DNA of 64,000 bases from the NCBI GenBank assembly GCA_016177575.1, contig JACOVA010000103.1, positions 6,822 through 70,821 of the forward strand, written 5' to 3'. Source of the DNA: Betaproteobacteria bacterium. Lineage in GTDB: Bacteria > Pseudomonadota > Gammaproteobacteria > Burkholderiales > SG8-39. Below the pieces are notes generated by a model. That model made no database searches and had not been told where the DNA came from. It worked only from the letters and a program-made list of their open reading frames with translations. The translations under genes and the position numbers were made by a program. Of the stretch, positions 1-10,606 are shown in pieces; position 1 is the first letter of the stretch; every line of letters starts with the position of its first letter.

Positions 1-741
1 GACCGCGCGCGCTACATCGCCGATCCGGCGTTCGTGCCGCAGCCGGTGGCGGGCCTGCTCGAGCCGGGCTATCTCGAGAGCCGCTCCGGCCAAATCGGCG
101 AGCGCTCGATGGGAAAGGCGGAGCCGGGGTCGCCGCGGCATGCGCTGCGCACGCTGGGCGAGGCGCCCGCCGCCGAGGCCGCGGGCACCAGCCACATCTC
201 GGTCGTGGACGCGCGCGGCGACGCAGTGGCGATGACGACGACCGTGGAGTACGCGTTCGGCAGCCGCATCCTGGTGCGGGGCTTTCTGCTCAACAACGAG
301 CTGACCGACTTCTCCTTCGTTGCCGAAGCCGGCGGCCGCCCGGTCGCCAACCGCGTCGAGGCGGGCAAGCGCCCGCGCAGCGCCATGTCGCCGAGCCTGG
401 TTTTCGCGCCCGACGGATCGCTGCAGGCTGCGCTCGGCTCCGCGGGCGGGGCGAGCATCATCTATTACGTCGCCAAGGCGCTGGTGGCGATGCTGGACTG
501 GGGAATGGACGCGCAGGGCGCGGCGGCGCTGGCCAATTTCGGCAGCCGCAACGGGCCGACCGAGATCGAGCGCGGCTCGGCCTACGAGGCGCTCGTGCCG
601 GCGCTGCGCGAGCGCGGCCATGCGGTGCTGATCCATGACCTCACCAGCGGCACTCAGGTGATCGAGCGCCACGCCGGCGGCTGGCGCGGCGGCGCCGACC
701 CGCGCCGCGAGGGGACGGCACGCGGCGAGGCTGCGGAATAG
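1..741 (+). CDS. ggt: gamma-glutamyltransferase, C-terminal part (5' end outside window)
   Basis: Frame 1 is open from base 1 (DRARYIADPAFVPQPVAGLL). It contains the nucleophile/autoprocessing region AAGTSHISVVDARGDAVAMTTT and GGT small-subunit motifs GFLLNNELTDFS and MSPSLVF. Stop at 739-741. Confidence 0.85.
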   Translation, partial: DRARYIADPAFVPQPVAGLLEPGYLESRSGQIGERSMGKAEPGSPRHALRTLGEAPAAEAAGTSHISVVDARGDAVAMTTTVEYAFGSRILVRGFLLNNELTDFSFVAEAGGRPVANRVEAGKRPRSAMSPSLVFAPDGSLQAALGSAGGASIIYYVAKALVAMLDWGMDAQGAAALANFGSRNGPTEIERGSAYEALVPALRERGHAVLIHDLTSGTQVIERHAGGWRGGADPRREGTARGEAAE

Positions 742-753
742 AATGCGCTCGCC

Positions 754-3700
754 ATGAAGCCCAGGCGCGCCTCGCTCGGCAAGACCTCGCGCCCGAGCCT
801 GTCCGGAATCCTGCCGCGCAAGCGGCTGTTCGCTCTGCTCGACGAGGCGCGCCAGCGCTCGGTGGTGTGGATCGCAGGGCCGCCGGGCTGCGGCAAGACG
901 ACCACGGTGGCGAGCTACCTCGACCACGCCGGCATCGACTGCCTCTGGTACCAGCTCGACGAGGGCGACGCCGATGTCGCCACGTTCTTCTACTACCTCG
1001 GCGTGGCCGCAGCGGAGCACGGCGGCGGCGGCGCGCCGCTGCCGCTGCTCACGCCCGAATACCATGCCGGGCTGGCGGTCTTCACGCGGCGCTACTTCCA
1101 GAGCCTGTACGCGCGGCTCAAGCCGCCGTTCGCGGTAGTCTTCGACGGCTACCACGACGTGCCCGCGTTCTCGCAGTTCCACCAGGTGATGCGCGACGCG
1201 CTCGCCGAACTGCCGCCCGAGGGATGCGCGATCGTCGCCAGCCGCGGCGACCCGCCGCCGGAAATGGCACGCCTGCGCGCCAGCCAGGCGCTCGCGGTGC
1301 TGGGCTGGGACGACCTGCGCCTGTCGCGCGAGGAAACCGACTCGATCGCCCGGCAGCGCCGCCCCGACCTGGCGCCCGACGCGCTCGCGCAGCTCTACGC
1401 CAAGACGCAGGGCTGGGCCGCGGGGCTGGTGCTGATGCTGGAGCAGGCGAAGATGTCGGGCTCGATCGCCGACCCGCCCGAGCAGTCGACCAACCAGCTG
1501 GTGTTCGACTACCTCGCGGGCGAGATCTTCCAGAAGACCGACGCCAGCACCCAGGAGTTGCTGCTGCGCACCGCGTTCCTGGCGCACATGACCGCGGGCA
1601 TGGCGGAGGGATTGACGGGCGACGCGCGCGCCGGCCGCATCCTCGCCGAGCTGCATCGCAACAACTACTTCGTTGCGCTGCGCCAGGCGCGCCCCGAGTC
1701 GGTGTACCAGTACCATCCGATGTTCCGCGAATTCCTGCTTGCGCGCATCCAGGACACGCACCCCAAGGAGCGGCGCCGCCAGCTGCAGAAGGCCGCAGCA
1801 GCGGCGATGGAAGCGGCGGGCCAGATCGAGGAAGCGGTCGCCCTCTACCGCGAAAGCCACGACTGGGACGAGATGGCGCGCCTCGTCATGGCGCATGCCG
1901 AGGCGATGCTCGCGCAGGGCCGCGGCGAGACACTGGCGCGCTGGGCCGAGGACCTGCCGCCGGAAGTGCGCGACCAGCACCCCTGGATCGAGTACTGGGC
2001 GGCGGCGAGCCAGGCCCAGCTCGCGCCACGCGAGGGCCGCGTCCGCTACGAGAAGGCGTTCGAGCTGTTTCGCGCGCGCACCCCCGCCGATCTCACCGGG
2101 ATGGTGCTCGCCGCCTCCGGCGCGATGGATGCGATCCTCTACGAGCTCGACGATTTCTCGCTGCTCGAGCGCTGGATCGCCGTGGTCGACGAGGCGGAGA
2201 CGAGCGGCGTCAAGTACCCCTCGCCGGCGGTCGAGGCGCGCGTCGCCTGCAGCATGGTGTTCTCGCTCACCCTGCGCCAGCCGCACCGGCGCGACCTGCA
2301 GCGCTGGGTCGAGCGCGCGCTCGGGCGCGCGCGCGAGGTCGCCGACCCGAACCTGAAGATGTTCGTGGGGCTGCTGTGCTCGCTGACGCTGATGTGGACC
2401 GGGGTCTACGGCAAGGCGCTCGCGCTGATCGAGGCGATGCGCCGCATCACCGCCGAGCCCGGGGTCACGCCGTTCTCGCTCATCACGCTAAAGAACGTCG
2501 AGGCGATGTACGGCATGCTCATTGCCGACCGCGAGCTCTGCCTCAAGGCGGTGGAGGAGGGCCTGCGGATCGCGCGCACCGCGGGCGTGCACACATGGAG
2601 CTTCCAGCTGCTCGTGTACGGCTACGGCGGCGCTCTGGGCGCGCAGCAGCTGGAGCTCGCTGCAGGCTACGCCAAGCAGCTCGAGCCGCAAGCCGCGCGC
2701 GCCGGCCGCCTCGACCAGTGCCTCTACCATCATTTCCAGGCGTGGGAAGCGATGCTGCGCAAGGACCTGATGCGCGCGCTGCAGCAGGAGCGCGTCGCGC
2801 TCAGGATGGCGGTAGAGGTCGGCTGCCCCTACTTCGAGGTTCTGTGCCGGCTTGCGCTCGCCGAAGCGCTCGCCGAGTGCGGCGATGAACGCAAGTGCAT
2901 CGCGCACCTGCAGCAGCTGCGAAGAATCGTCGAGGGCATCGACAACCGGCATCTCGAGTTCACCTGCCTGGTCGGCTTCGGCCGGCTCGCCCTCGAGCAC
3001 GGTCGCCAGCGGCCCGGTCTCGCCGCGCTGCGCCGCGGCCTCGCGCTCGGCCGCGAGTACGCATACGCGCACTTCCTGTGGTGGCGGCCCGATGCCATGG
3101 CGCGCGTATGCGCGCAGGCCCTCGAGGCGGGGATCGAGCCCGAGTTCGTGAAGAGCCTGGTCAAGCGCCGCGCGCTCGCCCCCGAGCAGCCGCCGCTGCT
3201 GGTGAAGGACTGGCCGTGGAGCTTTCGCGTGCGCACCATGGGAACCTTCGGCGTTCTCAGGCACGACGCGCCTCTCGTCAGCGCCGGCAAGGCGCAGCGC
3301 CGGCCGCTCGAGATGCTCAAGGTGCTGATCGCCTGCGGCGGCGATCGCGTGAGCGAGGACCGCGTCACCGGAGCGCTGTGGCCGCGCATCGACGGCGATT
3401 CGGCGCACCGCTCGTTCAACAGCACCCTGCACCGGCTGCGGAAGCTCCTCGGGGAGGATCGCGCGGTGCTGCTGCACGAAGGCAAGGTGACGCTCGACCG
3501 GCGCTTCTTCTGGGTGGACGCCTGGGCCTTCGACGAGCTGGTCGGCCAGATCGAGGCCGCCTTCGCGCGCGCCCGGCCGGACCTGGACGCCGAGCGGGTG
3601 CAGAGCTTTTCGGCGCGCCTGCTCGATCTGTACCGCGGCCCCTTCCTTGCCGCCGATGCCGACGAGGCCTGGCAGCTCGAGCGGCGCGAGCGCATGCGCA

Positions 3701-3840
3701 GCCGGTTCGTGCGCGCCATGCTCGCCATCGGCCGCTGGTGGGAGCAGTCCGGCCTGCCGGAGCGCGCGAGCGATTTCTACGAAAAGTGCTTTGAGGCCGA
3801 CCACTTGGCGCGCCCCGGCCAGCCTTTAAGCAATAAGTAA
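754..3840 (+). CDS. large MalT-like AAA/STAND NTPase regulator with C-terminal OmpR-type winged helix + BTAD domain
   Basis: 1028 aa. Walker A is IAGPPGCGKTT near the N-terminus, followed by a long helical/TPR-like middle. The last ~210 aa (nt 3211-3837) read FRVRTMGTFGVLRHD...RRPLEMLKVLIACGG...STLHRLRKLLG...LYRGPFLAD, typical of Trans_reg_C + BTAD (SARP-type). Confidence 0.8.
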   Translation: MKPRRASLGKTSRPSLSGILPRKRLFALLDEARQRSVVWIAGPPGCGKTTTVASYLDHAGIDCLWYQLDEGDADVATFFYYLGVAAAEHGGGGAPLPLLTPEYHAGLAVFTRRYFQSLYARLKPPFAVVFDGYHDVPAFSQFHQVMRDALAELPPEGCAIVASRGDPPPEMARLRASQALAVLGWDDLRLSREETDSIARQRRPDLAPDALAQLYAKTQGWAAGLVLMLEQAKMSGSIADPPEQSTNQLVFDYLAGEIFQKTDASTQELLLRTAFLAHMTAGMAEGLTGDARAGRILAELHRNNYFVALRQARPESVYQYHPMFREFLLARIQDTHPKERRRQLQKAAAAAMEAAGQIEEAVALYRESHDWDEMARLVMAHAEAMLAQGRGETLARWAEDLPPEVRDQHPWIEYWAAASQAQLAPREGRVRYEKAFELFRARTPADLTGMVLAASGAMDAILYELDDFSLLERWIAVVDEAETSGVKYPSPAVEARVACSMVFSLTLRQPHRRDLQRWVERALGRAREVADPNLKMFVGLLCSLTLMWTGVYGKALALIEAMRRITAEPGVTPFSLITLKNVEAMYGMLIADRELCLKAVEEGLRIARTAGVHTWSFQLLVYGYGGALGAQQLELAAGYAKQLEPQAARAGRLDQCLYHHFQAWEAMLRKDLMRALQQERVALRMAVEVGCPYFEVLCRLALAEALAECGDERKCIAHLQQLRRIVEGIDNRHLEFTCLVGFGRLALEHGRQRPGLAALRRGLALGREYAYAHFLWWRPDAMARVCAQALEAGIEPEFVKSLVKRRALAPEQPPLLVKDWPWSFRVRTMGTFGVLRHDAPLVSAGKAQRRPLEMLKVLIACGGDRVSEDRVTGALWPRIDGDSAHRSFNSTLHRLRKLLGEDRAVLLHEGKVTLDRRFFWVDAWAFDELVGQIEAAFARARPDLDAERVQSFSARLLDLYRGPFLAADADEAWQLERRERMRSRFVRAMLAIGRWWEQSGLPERASDFYEKCFEADHLARPGQPLSNK

Positions 3841-3929
3841 GCGACCCGTAAGCGGACTTTGCGGGTCCGGCTCCGATCATGGCCCCAGCAGGCGAGGCAA
3901 CCAGCCTGCAAACGTGAAAGGAGAGAACC

Positions 3930-4382
3930 ATGAAAGCGAACAAAAAGCTCATCGCAGCGCTGTCGGTCGCCACGCTGGCGCTCGCGGGCTGCTACGTCGT
4001 TCCCGCGGTCGGCCCCGACGGGCGACCCGTCTACCACGCTTATCCGATTCCGCCGGGGTCGCCGGCCCCCGGACCCTACCCGGTGGTGCTGACCGCGCGC
4101 CTGTATCCGGCCAACGACCTCGCCACGCAGACCGGCGTGGTCACCGGCAGCGTGACCAACATGATGACCGGCAAGGGGCGCTTTCAGCTGAACTATCGCG
4201 GCGAAACCCTCACCGGAGAGGCGACGCGCGTGAACGGCGATGCGCGGCGCGGTGTGGCGAGCGCATACGGCTCGGGCGGCGCTTACATGAGCTGCGAATA
4301 CCAGATGAACACGCCGCAGCAGGGCGCCGGCATCTGCACCTTCTCCGACGGCGCGAAGTACCAGGTGCACATCGGCAGCTGA
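3930..4382 (+). CDS. hypothetical lipoprotein
   Basis: 150 aa. Strong SD (aaaggagag) 6 nt upstream of the ATG. Signal peptide with lipobox MKANKKLIAALSVATLALAG|C. High GC3 coding pattern. No family recognised. Confidence 0.7.
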   Translation: MKANKKLIAALSVATLALAGCYVVPAVGPDGRPVYHAYPIPPGSPAPGPYPVVLTARLYPANDLATQTGVVTGSVTNMMTGKGRFQLNYRGETLTGEATRVNGDARRGVASAYGSGGAYMSCEYQMNTPQQGAGICTFSDGAKYQVHIGS

Positions 4383-4385
4383 GCC

Positions 4386-4499
4386 ATGTGGCAGTGCCTG
4401 CTTGTCGTGTGCGCCTTGGTGCCTGCGATCGGGCTGCAGGGTTGCGGTGCATCGCCCGAGCGCGGCGGAGCCGCAGGCGGTCGTCCGCAGCTCGAGTGA
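4386..4499 (+). CDS. possible 37-aa mini-lipoprotein (below ORF-track size cutoff)
   Basis: ATG lies 4 nt after the upstream stop. Translation is MWQCLLVVCALVPAIGLQG|CGASPERGGAAGGRPQLE, a hydrophobic leader plus a lipobox-like LQGC. Read by eye. No homology evidence. Confidence 0.3.
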   Translation: MWQCLLVVCALVPAIGLQGCGASPERGGAAGGRPQLE

Positions 4500-4639
4500 C
4501 AACGGGGGCAAAGGCGTGGGTTGCCGCGGCACGGGCGCGCGCGAGCACGAGGAGGCCACGCCGCCCTCGGTGGAGGCCTGTCGGAACGACGCACCGGCGT
4601 CTGAGTACGCGGATTCTGTCCCTCGGGTAATAAAGTAAC

Positions 4640-5434
4640 GTGAACGAACAGGGAGAAGCCAGGGAGCCCATGACTGCCGATCTTCGCTCGTCCGTTTCCT
4701 TCAAGTCGCTGCAGAACGTGCGCATTGTCAACGCCGAGGACGTCGCCAAGCCGCGCCCGCGAACGGTGCTGCCGCCCAACCGAACGCCGGTGAGCGCCCC
4801 GCTCGCACTCGTGCTCGTGACGCAGTTAGCTGCATGCCAGGCGATGCAGACCACCGATGCGCCCGAGCCGCCGCTCCGGAACGCTGTATCGCTGATCCGC
4901 ACATCAGGCGGCGGGGCGCAAGTTCCGCTCAAGGTCGCGCCCGGATTGATTTCCGTCGAAGTCGAAGTGACTTGGTCGAACGGCGCGCAGGACAAGACTC
5001 CGCTCGGGCTGGATGCCCCGCTAGGGTCGGATCTTCTGGTGCTCGCATACGAACGTAGCCACGGCGTTCGCCCCGCAACGATCAAGCTCTCGCGACCCGC
5101 GCCGTCGCGTGCTTCGTCGTCGCTGTGGGCGGATGCTTTGACCTACTGCGGATATTGTTTCGCGGCCGTGATCTTGACCGCGCCACTCTGGCTATCGATC
5201 AGGGCTTTGGCGAATCGTCCAGGCATCAGACCTTCCCCAGACTGCTGTTTCGTCTGGGTCGAGGACACGAACACGGGTGAGATCGTCGCCGGAAACTCTC
5301 CCTGGCGGCAGATTGCCATTCCGGCGAACACAGCCCGGACGGAGCCCGAGGTTCCGTCGGACACAGGTGAGGATCTGGTGAACTGTATGTCCGGAGGTAT
5401 GCGGAAATGGGTGTATCAGTCGCGATGCGATTGA
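4640..5434 (+). CDS. hypothetical protein, possible lipoprotein/membrane protein (start uncertain)
   Basis: 264-aa ORF with third-position GC bias in this frame. Internal lipobox-like APLALVLVTQLAA|C and a later hydrophobic helix LTYCGYCFAAVILTAPLWLSI. GC is lower than the surroundings. Alternative starts are the ATG at ~4670 or an internal GTG before VLPPNR. Confidence 0.45.
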   Translation: MNEQGEAREPMTADLRSSVSFKSLQNVRIVNAEDVAKPRPRTVLPPNRTPVSAPLALVLVTQLAACQAMQTTDAPEPPLRNAVSLIRTSGGGAQVPLKVAPGLISVEVEVTWSNGAQDKTPLGLDAPLGSDLLVLAYERSHGVRPATIKLSRPAPSRASSSLWADALTYCGYCFAAVILTAPLWLSIRALANRPGIRPSPDCCFVWVEDTNTGEIVAGNSPWRQIAIPANTARTEPEVPSDTGEDLVNCMSGGMRKWVYQSRCD

Positions 5435-5535
5435 TTGTCATCCGTCATCTGCGCGTGTTACCGCGGGCGGCGCTGATCACGGCGACGCACCGTTCGGGAG
5501 GCAGAGCGACGTCGATCCGCTCATCACCACCACGA

Positions 5536-6444
5536 TCATTTCATCTGCACCGGGTGGCCGCCGAAGCTCGCGCGCATGGTGGCGAGGAGCCTCCTCGCGT
5601 AGTCGGAGCCGCCCTGGCTGGAGAAGCGCGCCATCAGGGCCATGGTGATCACCGGCGCGGGCACGCCGAGCTCCACCGACTCGAGCGCCGTCCAGCGGCC
5701 TTCGCCGGAATCGGCCACCACCGGCGCGACGCTCTCGAGGTCCTCGTCCTGCTTGAGGATTTCCGCGCACAGGTCGAGCAGCCAGGAGCGCACCAGGCTG
5801 CCGTGGCGCCAGGTCTCGGCGAGCCGCCCGGGGTCGAACTCGAATTCCTTGCGCGCCGCGAGCAGGGCGAAGCCCTCGGCGAGCGCCTGCATCATGCCGT
5901 ACTCGATGCCGTTGTGGATCATCTTGGCGAAGTGCCCGGCGCCGCTCGGGCCGCAGTGCAGCCAGCCGGTCTCGGGCGCGGGGGCGAGGATGCGCGCAAA
6001 GGGCTCGAAGATCTCGACCGACCTGGGCGTGCCGCCGAGCATCAGGCAATAGCCGTGCGCGAGGCCGTGCACCCCGCCGGAGACGCCGGCGTCGATGTAG
6101 CGCAGCCCGCGCTGCGAGAGCTCGAGCGCGCGCGCCATCGAGTCGCGGTAGAAGGCGTTGCCGCCGTCGACCAGCGTGTCGCCCGCCGAAAGCAGCGGCA
6201 AGAGCTCCCTCAGCGCGTCCTCGGTCGGCGCGCCCGCCGGCAGCATGAGCAGGATCACGCGCTCCCCGGCGAGCTGCGCCGCGAGGGCGGCGTAGCCCTC
6301 GACGCACTCCACGCCGGCTTCGTCCGCGAGCGCCTCGCGCGCTGTCTTGTCGTGGTCGCAGGCGATCACGCGCGCGCCGCCGCGCGCGAGCCGCCGCGCC
6401 ATGCCGGCGCCCATCCTGCCCATGCCGACGATTCCCAGTTCCAT
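5536..6444 (-). CDS. 6-phosphogluconate dehydrogenase (decarboxylating)-like, short YqeC/Gnd-like form
   Basis: 302 aa. N-terminal Rossmann motif MELGIVGMGRMGAGMARRL. The C-terminal half is typical of 6PGDH (GAGHFAKMIHNGIEYGMMQA). Confidence 0.85.
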   Translation of the reverse strand: MELGIVGMGRMGAGMARRLARGGARVIACDHDKTAREALADEAGVECVEGYAALAAQLAGERVILLMLPAGAPTEDALRELLPLLSAGDTLVDGGNAFYRDSMARALELSQRGLRYIDAGVSGGVHGLAHGYCLMLGGTPRSVEIFEPFARILAPAPETGWLHCGPSGAGHFAKMIHNGIEYGMMQALAEGFALLAARKEFEFDPGRLAETWRHGSLVRSWLLDLCAEILKQDEDLESVAPVVADSGEGRWTALESVELGVPAPVITMALMARFSSQGGSDYARRLLATMRASFGGHPVQMK

Positions 6445-6490
6445 TTGCGGTCCTCCGGTGCAGGGCCATTCTATAGTCGCCGCGACGCCG

Positions 6491-7408
6491 TCATCGGCCC
6501 CGCGCGATCGCTGCGGCGAGCCGCTCGCCCGGCGCGAGCCGGGGCAGGCCGCGCAGCCAGGTCAGCTGGCGCTTGGCGAGCTGGCGCGTGGCGGCGATGG
6601 CGCGCTCGCGCATCTGCGCCTCGCTCGCTCTGCCCTCGAGGAATTCCCAGGCCTGACGGTAGCTGACCGCGCGCATGCTCGGCAGGTCGGCGCTGAGCGC
6701 GTAGCGCGCGCGCAGAGCGCGCAGCTCTTCGACCAGGCCGCGCTCGAGCATCGCCTCGAAGCGGGCCTCGATGCGGGCGTGCAGCTCGGCGCGGTCGCTC
6801 GGCAGGATCGAATACGCCTTGAGCTCGAAAGGCAGGGGCGCCCTGGCGGCTCCCAGCAGCGCCGAGAGCGGCCTGCCGGTGATGCGATAGACCTCGAGCG
6901 CGCGCTGGATGCGCTGCGCGTCGTTGAGCTGCAGGCGCGCCGCGGACTTCGGATCCACCCGCGCCAGCTCGGCGTGCATGGTCGGCCAGCCCCGTCGGGT
7001 TGCCTCGCGGTCGATCTGTGCGCGGAGCTTCGGGTTCGCCGCCGGCAGCTCGTCCAGCCCCTGCGCGAGCGCGCGGTAGTAGAGCATGCTCCCGCCGACC
7101 AGGAGCGGAACGTTCTGCCTCGAAAAAATTCCCTCGATCGCCTGCAGCGCGTCGCGCCGGAAACGTCCTGCGGAGTAGCGCTCGGTCGGGTCGGCAATGT
7201 CGATGAGGTGGTGCGGAACTGAGGCGCGCTCGGCGGCCGAGGGCTTGGCGGTGCCGATGTCCATGCCGCGGTAGACCTGAGCCGAGTCGACGCTCACGAT
7301 CTCGATCGCACGCGTGCCCGAGAACTGCGCGGCGAGCTGCATCGCCAGGCGCGACTTGCCGCTCGCGGTGGGACCGAGCAGCGCGAAAGCGACCTGCTTC
7401 GTCGCCAT
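6491..7408 (-). CDS. miaA: tRNA dimethylallyltransferase
   Basis: 305 aa. P-loop [17 protein letters not shown], then [19 protein letters not shown] and [10 protein letters not shown] motifs. Confidence 0.93.
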   Translation of the reverse strand: MATKQVAFALLGPTASGKSRLAMQLAAQFSGTRAIEIVSVDSAQVYRGMDIGTAKPSAAERASVPHHLIDIADPTERYSAGRFRRDALQAIEGIFSRQNVPLLVGGSMLYYRALAQGLDELPAANPKLRAQIDREATRRGWPTMHAELARVDPKSAARLQLNDAQRIQRALEVYRITGRPLSALLGAARAPLPFELKAYSILPSDRAELHARIEARFEAMLERGLVEELRALRARYALSADLPSMRAVSYRQAWEFLEGRASEAQMRERAIAATRQLAKRQLTWLRGLPRLAPGERLAAAIARGR

Positions 7409-7415
7409 CGAACCC

Positions 7416-8168
7416 CTATCTGCCTCCGCTCACGTCCAGGATCGCGCCGGTGGAGTACGAAGCTTCGTCCGAGAGCAGCCACAGGATCGCGCGCGCCACT
7501 TCCTCGGGCTCGCCGCCGCGCTGCATCGGAATGGCGTCGCGCAGCCGCTCGATGCGGTTCGGCTCGCCGCCACTGGCGTGGATCCCGGTGTGCACGAAGC
7601 CCGGGCGCACGGCGTTGACGCGGATGCCGTCCGCGGCGAGCTCCCTGGCGAGGCCGACGGTCATGGTGTCGATCGCGCCCTTCGAGGCCGCGTAGTCGAC
7701 GTACTCGCCGGGGGAGCCGAGCCGCGCCGCGGCCGAGGAGACGTTGACGATCGCGCCGCCCGCGCCGCCGTGCCGGGTCGACATGCGCCGGATCGCCTCG
7801 CGCGCGCACAGCAGCGCGCCGACGACGTTGGTCGCGAACATGCGCTGCAGGCGCGGCGCCTCCATGGCCTCGACGCGCGCCTGCCGGTCGACGACTCCGG
7901 CGTTGTTGACCAGCGCCGTAACCCGGCCCAGCTCCCGGTCGCTGGTCTCGAACAGCCGCACCACGTCGGCTTCGGAGGAAACGTCGCCCTGCACCGCGAC
8001 CGCCTTGCCGCCGCTCTTGACGATGGATTCGACTATCGTTTCAGATTTGTCTTTGGACTGAAGAAAATTGATGCAAACGGCATAACCCCGTTGCGCACCG
8101 AGGATCGCCGTGGCAGCGCCGATGCCGCGCGCGCCGCCGGTGACGATCATCACGCCGGGTTGTTTCAT
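7416..8168 (-). CDS. short-chain dehydrogenase/reductase (SDR)
   Basis: C-terminal 250 aa of the 706-aa track ORF, starting [21 protein letters not shown] (TGxxxGIG) with catalytic YAASKGA (YxxxK). Its ATG overlaps the mutL stop (ATGA). Confidence 0.88.
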   Translation of the reverse strand: MKQPGVMIVTGGARGIGAATAILGAQRGYAVCINFLQSKDKSETIVESIVKSGGKAVAVQGDVSSEADVVRLFETSDRELGRVTALVNNAGVVDRQARVEAMEAPRLQRMFATNVVGALLCAREAIRRMSTRHGGAGGAIVNVSSAAARLGSPGEYVDYAASKGAIDTMTVGLARELAADGIRVNAVRPGFVHTGIHASGGEPNRIERLRDAIPMQRGGEPEEVARAILWLLSDEASYSTGAILDVSGGR

Positions 8169-9931
8169 CGCCCCCGCATGAACAGCCGGTCGAGGTCGGC
8201 CATCGTCAGCTGATACCAGGTCGGGCGGCCGTGGTTGCAGCTGCCGGCGCGCTCGGTGGCCTCCATCTCGCGCAGCAGTGCGTTCATCTCGCTGGCGCTC
8301 AGCGCGCGGTTGGCGCGCACCGCGGCGTGGCAGGCCATGGTGGCGAGCAGCTCGTTCTGGCGCGCCTGCAGCGCCTCGCTCGCGCCGTACTCGCGGATCT
8401 CGCGCAGCACGTCGCGCGTCAGGCCCACGATGTCGCCGCCGGCGAGCAGCGCGGGCGCGGCGCGCACCGCGAGCTCGTTCGGCCCGCCGGCGCTCAGCTC
8501 GAAGCCGAGGCGTTCGAGCGCCTCGCGGCTCTCCTCGGCGAGCGCGACCTCGAGCGCCTCGGCCCGGAACGCGGCCGGCACCAGCAGCTGCTGGCGCTCG
8601 ACGCGGCCGGCGTCGAGGTTGCCCTTCAGCTTTTCGTACACGATGCGCTCGTGCGCGGCGTGCATGTCGACGAGCACCAGCCCGGCTTCGTTCTGCGCCA
8701 GGATGTACACTCCGTGCAGCTGAGCGAGGGCGAAGCCGAGCGGCGGCGACGGCTCGCTCGCGGGCAGCGCGGCGGGCTGCGCGCTCGGAAGGACGGCGGA
8801 CCCGGCCGCCGCGGCCATGAACGACTGATAGGCGGCGGCGGGCTGCGCCATCTGCAGGCTCTGCTGCGCGCCCGCGGCCGGGAACCTCACGTAGGACACC
8901 GGAGCCTCGGCGGCGGCGGGCGAGAGGACGCGCTTGAGGGCGTGCAGCGCGAACTGGTGCACGCCGCTCGCGTCGCGGAAGCGCACCTCGATCTTTGCCG
9001 GGTGGACGTTCACGTCCACGCCGCGCGGATCGAGCTCGAGGAACAGCAGATAGGCGGGCTGGCGCTCGCCGTGCAGGGTGTCGCGGTAGGCCTCGCGCAC
9101 CGCGTGCGCGAGCATGCGGTCGCGCACGAAGCGCCCGTTCACGTACAGATACTGCGCGTCGGCGCGCGCGCGCGCCGCCTGCGGCGCCCCGGCGAGCCCG
9201 TGCAGGCGCAGCGCCCCGGCGCGCGCCTCGACCGGAAAGCCGGCCTCGAGCAGCCCGCCGCCGAGCAGCGCCGCGGCGCGCTCGGCCAGCATCTGGCGCT
9301 GCAGGTGCAGCGAGACCCGGCCGTTGTGCCTGAGCACGAACGCGCAATCCGGGCGCGCCAGCGCGAGGCGCCGGAAAACCTCCTCGCAATGCCCGAACTC
9401 GGTCTGCTCGGTGCGCAGGAACTTGCGGCGCGCAGGGGTGTTGAAATAGAGGTCCTCGACCATGACCGTGGTGCCCGGCGCGCGCGCCGCCGGCTCGACC
9501 TCGCCGATGTGCGCGCCCTCGGCGCCGATCTTCCACGCATGCGGCGAGCTTGCCACGCCGCGAGCGGCGTCCTTCACTCGCGAGGCGATCGTGAGCCGCG
9601 CTACCGATGCGATCGAGGCGAGCGCCTCGCCGCGAAAGCCCATCGTCGCCACGCCCTGCAGGTCCTCGAGCGTGCGGATCTTGCTGGTGGCGTGGCGCGC
9701 GAGCGCGAGCGGCAGGTCGTCGCGCTCAAGCCCCGCGCCGTCGTCGTCGACCTGCACGCGCCGCATGCCGCCCTGATCGAGCGTCACCTGGATCTCCTGC
9801 GCGCCGGCGTCGAGCGCGTTCTCGAGCAGCTCCTTGAGCACCGAGGCGGGCCGCTCGACCACTTCGCCCGCCGCGATCTGGCTGATCAGCAGCTCGGGCA
9901 GGATGCGGATCGCAGCGCTGCGCTCGCTCAT
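8165..9931 (-). CDS. mutL: DNA mismatch repair endonuclease MutL
   Basis: Starts at internal [43 protein letters not shown] (GHKL ATPase motifs). C-terminal ...[24 protein letters not shown]. The upstream 130 codons of the track ORF are not MutL-like. Confidence 0.92.
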   Translation of the reverse strand: MSERSAAIRILPELLISQIAAGEVVERPASVLKELLENALDAGAQEIQVTLDQGGMRRVQVDDDGAGLERDDLPLALARHATSKIRTLEDLQGVATMGFRGEALASIASVARLTIASRVKDAARGVASSPHAWKIGAEGAHIGEVEPAARAPGTTVMVEDLYFNTPARRKFLRTEQTEFGHCEEVFRRLALARPDCAFVLRHNGRVSLHLQRQMLAERAAALLGGGLLEAGFPVEARAGALRLHGLAGAPQAARARADAQYLYVNGRFVRDRMLAHAVREAYRDTLHGERQPAYLLFLELDPRGVDVNVHPAKIEVRFRDASGVHQFALHALKRVLSPAAAEAPVSYVRFPAAGAQQSLQMAQPAAAYQSFMAAAAGSAVLPSAQPAALPASEPSPPLGFALAQLHGVYILAQNEAGLVLVDMHAAHERIVYEKLKGNLDAGRVERQQLLVPAAFRAEALEVALAEESREALERLGFELSAGGPNELAVRAAPALLAGGDIVGLTRDVLREIREYGASEALQARQNELLATMACHAAVRANRALSASEMNALLREMEATERAGSCNHGRPTWYQLTMADLDRLFMRGR

Positions 9932-9955
9932 GCGCGGAGTATATAGAATCCGGGC

Positions 9956-10606
9956 ATGGAACTTCTCGCCGCGGCGTGGGAAATCGTGCTGCATCTGGAC
10001 GTGCATCTCGCCGAGTTCGTCGCCGCGCACGGCGCGTGGGTGTATGCACTGCTGTTCGTCATCGTTTTCATCGAGACCGGACTGGTGATCTGGCCGTTCC
10101 TGCCCGGCGACTCGCTGCTGTTCGTCACCGGAACGCTCGCCGCCGCGGGCGGCATGGATCTTTCGCTGGTCATGGCGGTGCTGGTGTGCGCGGCGCTTGC
10201 AGGCGACAACTGCAACTACTGGATCGGGCGCTGGGTCGGGCCGCGCGTGTTCCACTATGAGAAATCGCGCTGGTTCAACCCCGGGCATCTGGCGCGCGCG
10301 CACGCCTTCTACGAGCGTCACGGCGGCAAGACCATCATCCTCGCGCGCTTCCTGCCGATCGTGCGCACCTACGTGCCCTTTGTCGCCGGCATCGGCGCCA
10401 TGCCCTACGCGCGCTACATCGGCTGGTGCGTCGTGGGCGCGCTCGCCTGGGTCGGGTCGCTGTGCACGGCGGGATACTTCTTCGGCAACATCCCGGCGGT
10501 GAAGAACAACCTCACCGCGGTGATCGTGCTGATCGTGCTGATCTCGATTTCGCCCGGCCTGTACGCCTGGCTGAGGACGCGCTCAGTCCGTCAGCGCCAC
10601 GGCTGA
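9956..10606 (+). CDS. dedA: DedA family membrane protein
   Basis: 216 aa, multi-pass. Characteristic [12 protein letters not shown] and [25 protein letters not shown]. Confidence 0.88.
   Translation: MELLAAAWEIVLHLDVHLAEFVAAHGAWVYALLFVIVFIETGLVIWPFLPGDSLLFVTGTLAAAGGMDLSLVMAVLVCAALAGDNCNYWIGRWVGPRVFHYEKSRWFNPGHLARAHAFYERHGGKTIILARFLPIVRTYVPFVAGIGAMPYARYIGWCVVGALAWVGSLCTAGYFFGNIPAVKNNLTAVIVLIVLISISPGLYAWLRTRSVRQRHG

Noticed and set aside
867-3804. Several 300-670 aa alternative-frame ORFs (867..2888 +, 2488..3804 -, 2829..3728 -, 2895..3794 +) inside the MalT-like regulator gene
   Set aside because: All are Arg/Ala/Pro/Gly-rich shadow ORFs. Only the 754..3840 frame shows P-loop and wHTH/BTAD motifs.
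8169-9536. Upstream 456 codons of the 706-aa minus-strand ORF that ends as the SDR gene
   Set aside because: It is out of frame with and fully inside mutL. The translation is Arg/Ala/Pro-rich. The SDR has a clean start at [12 protein letters not shown].
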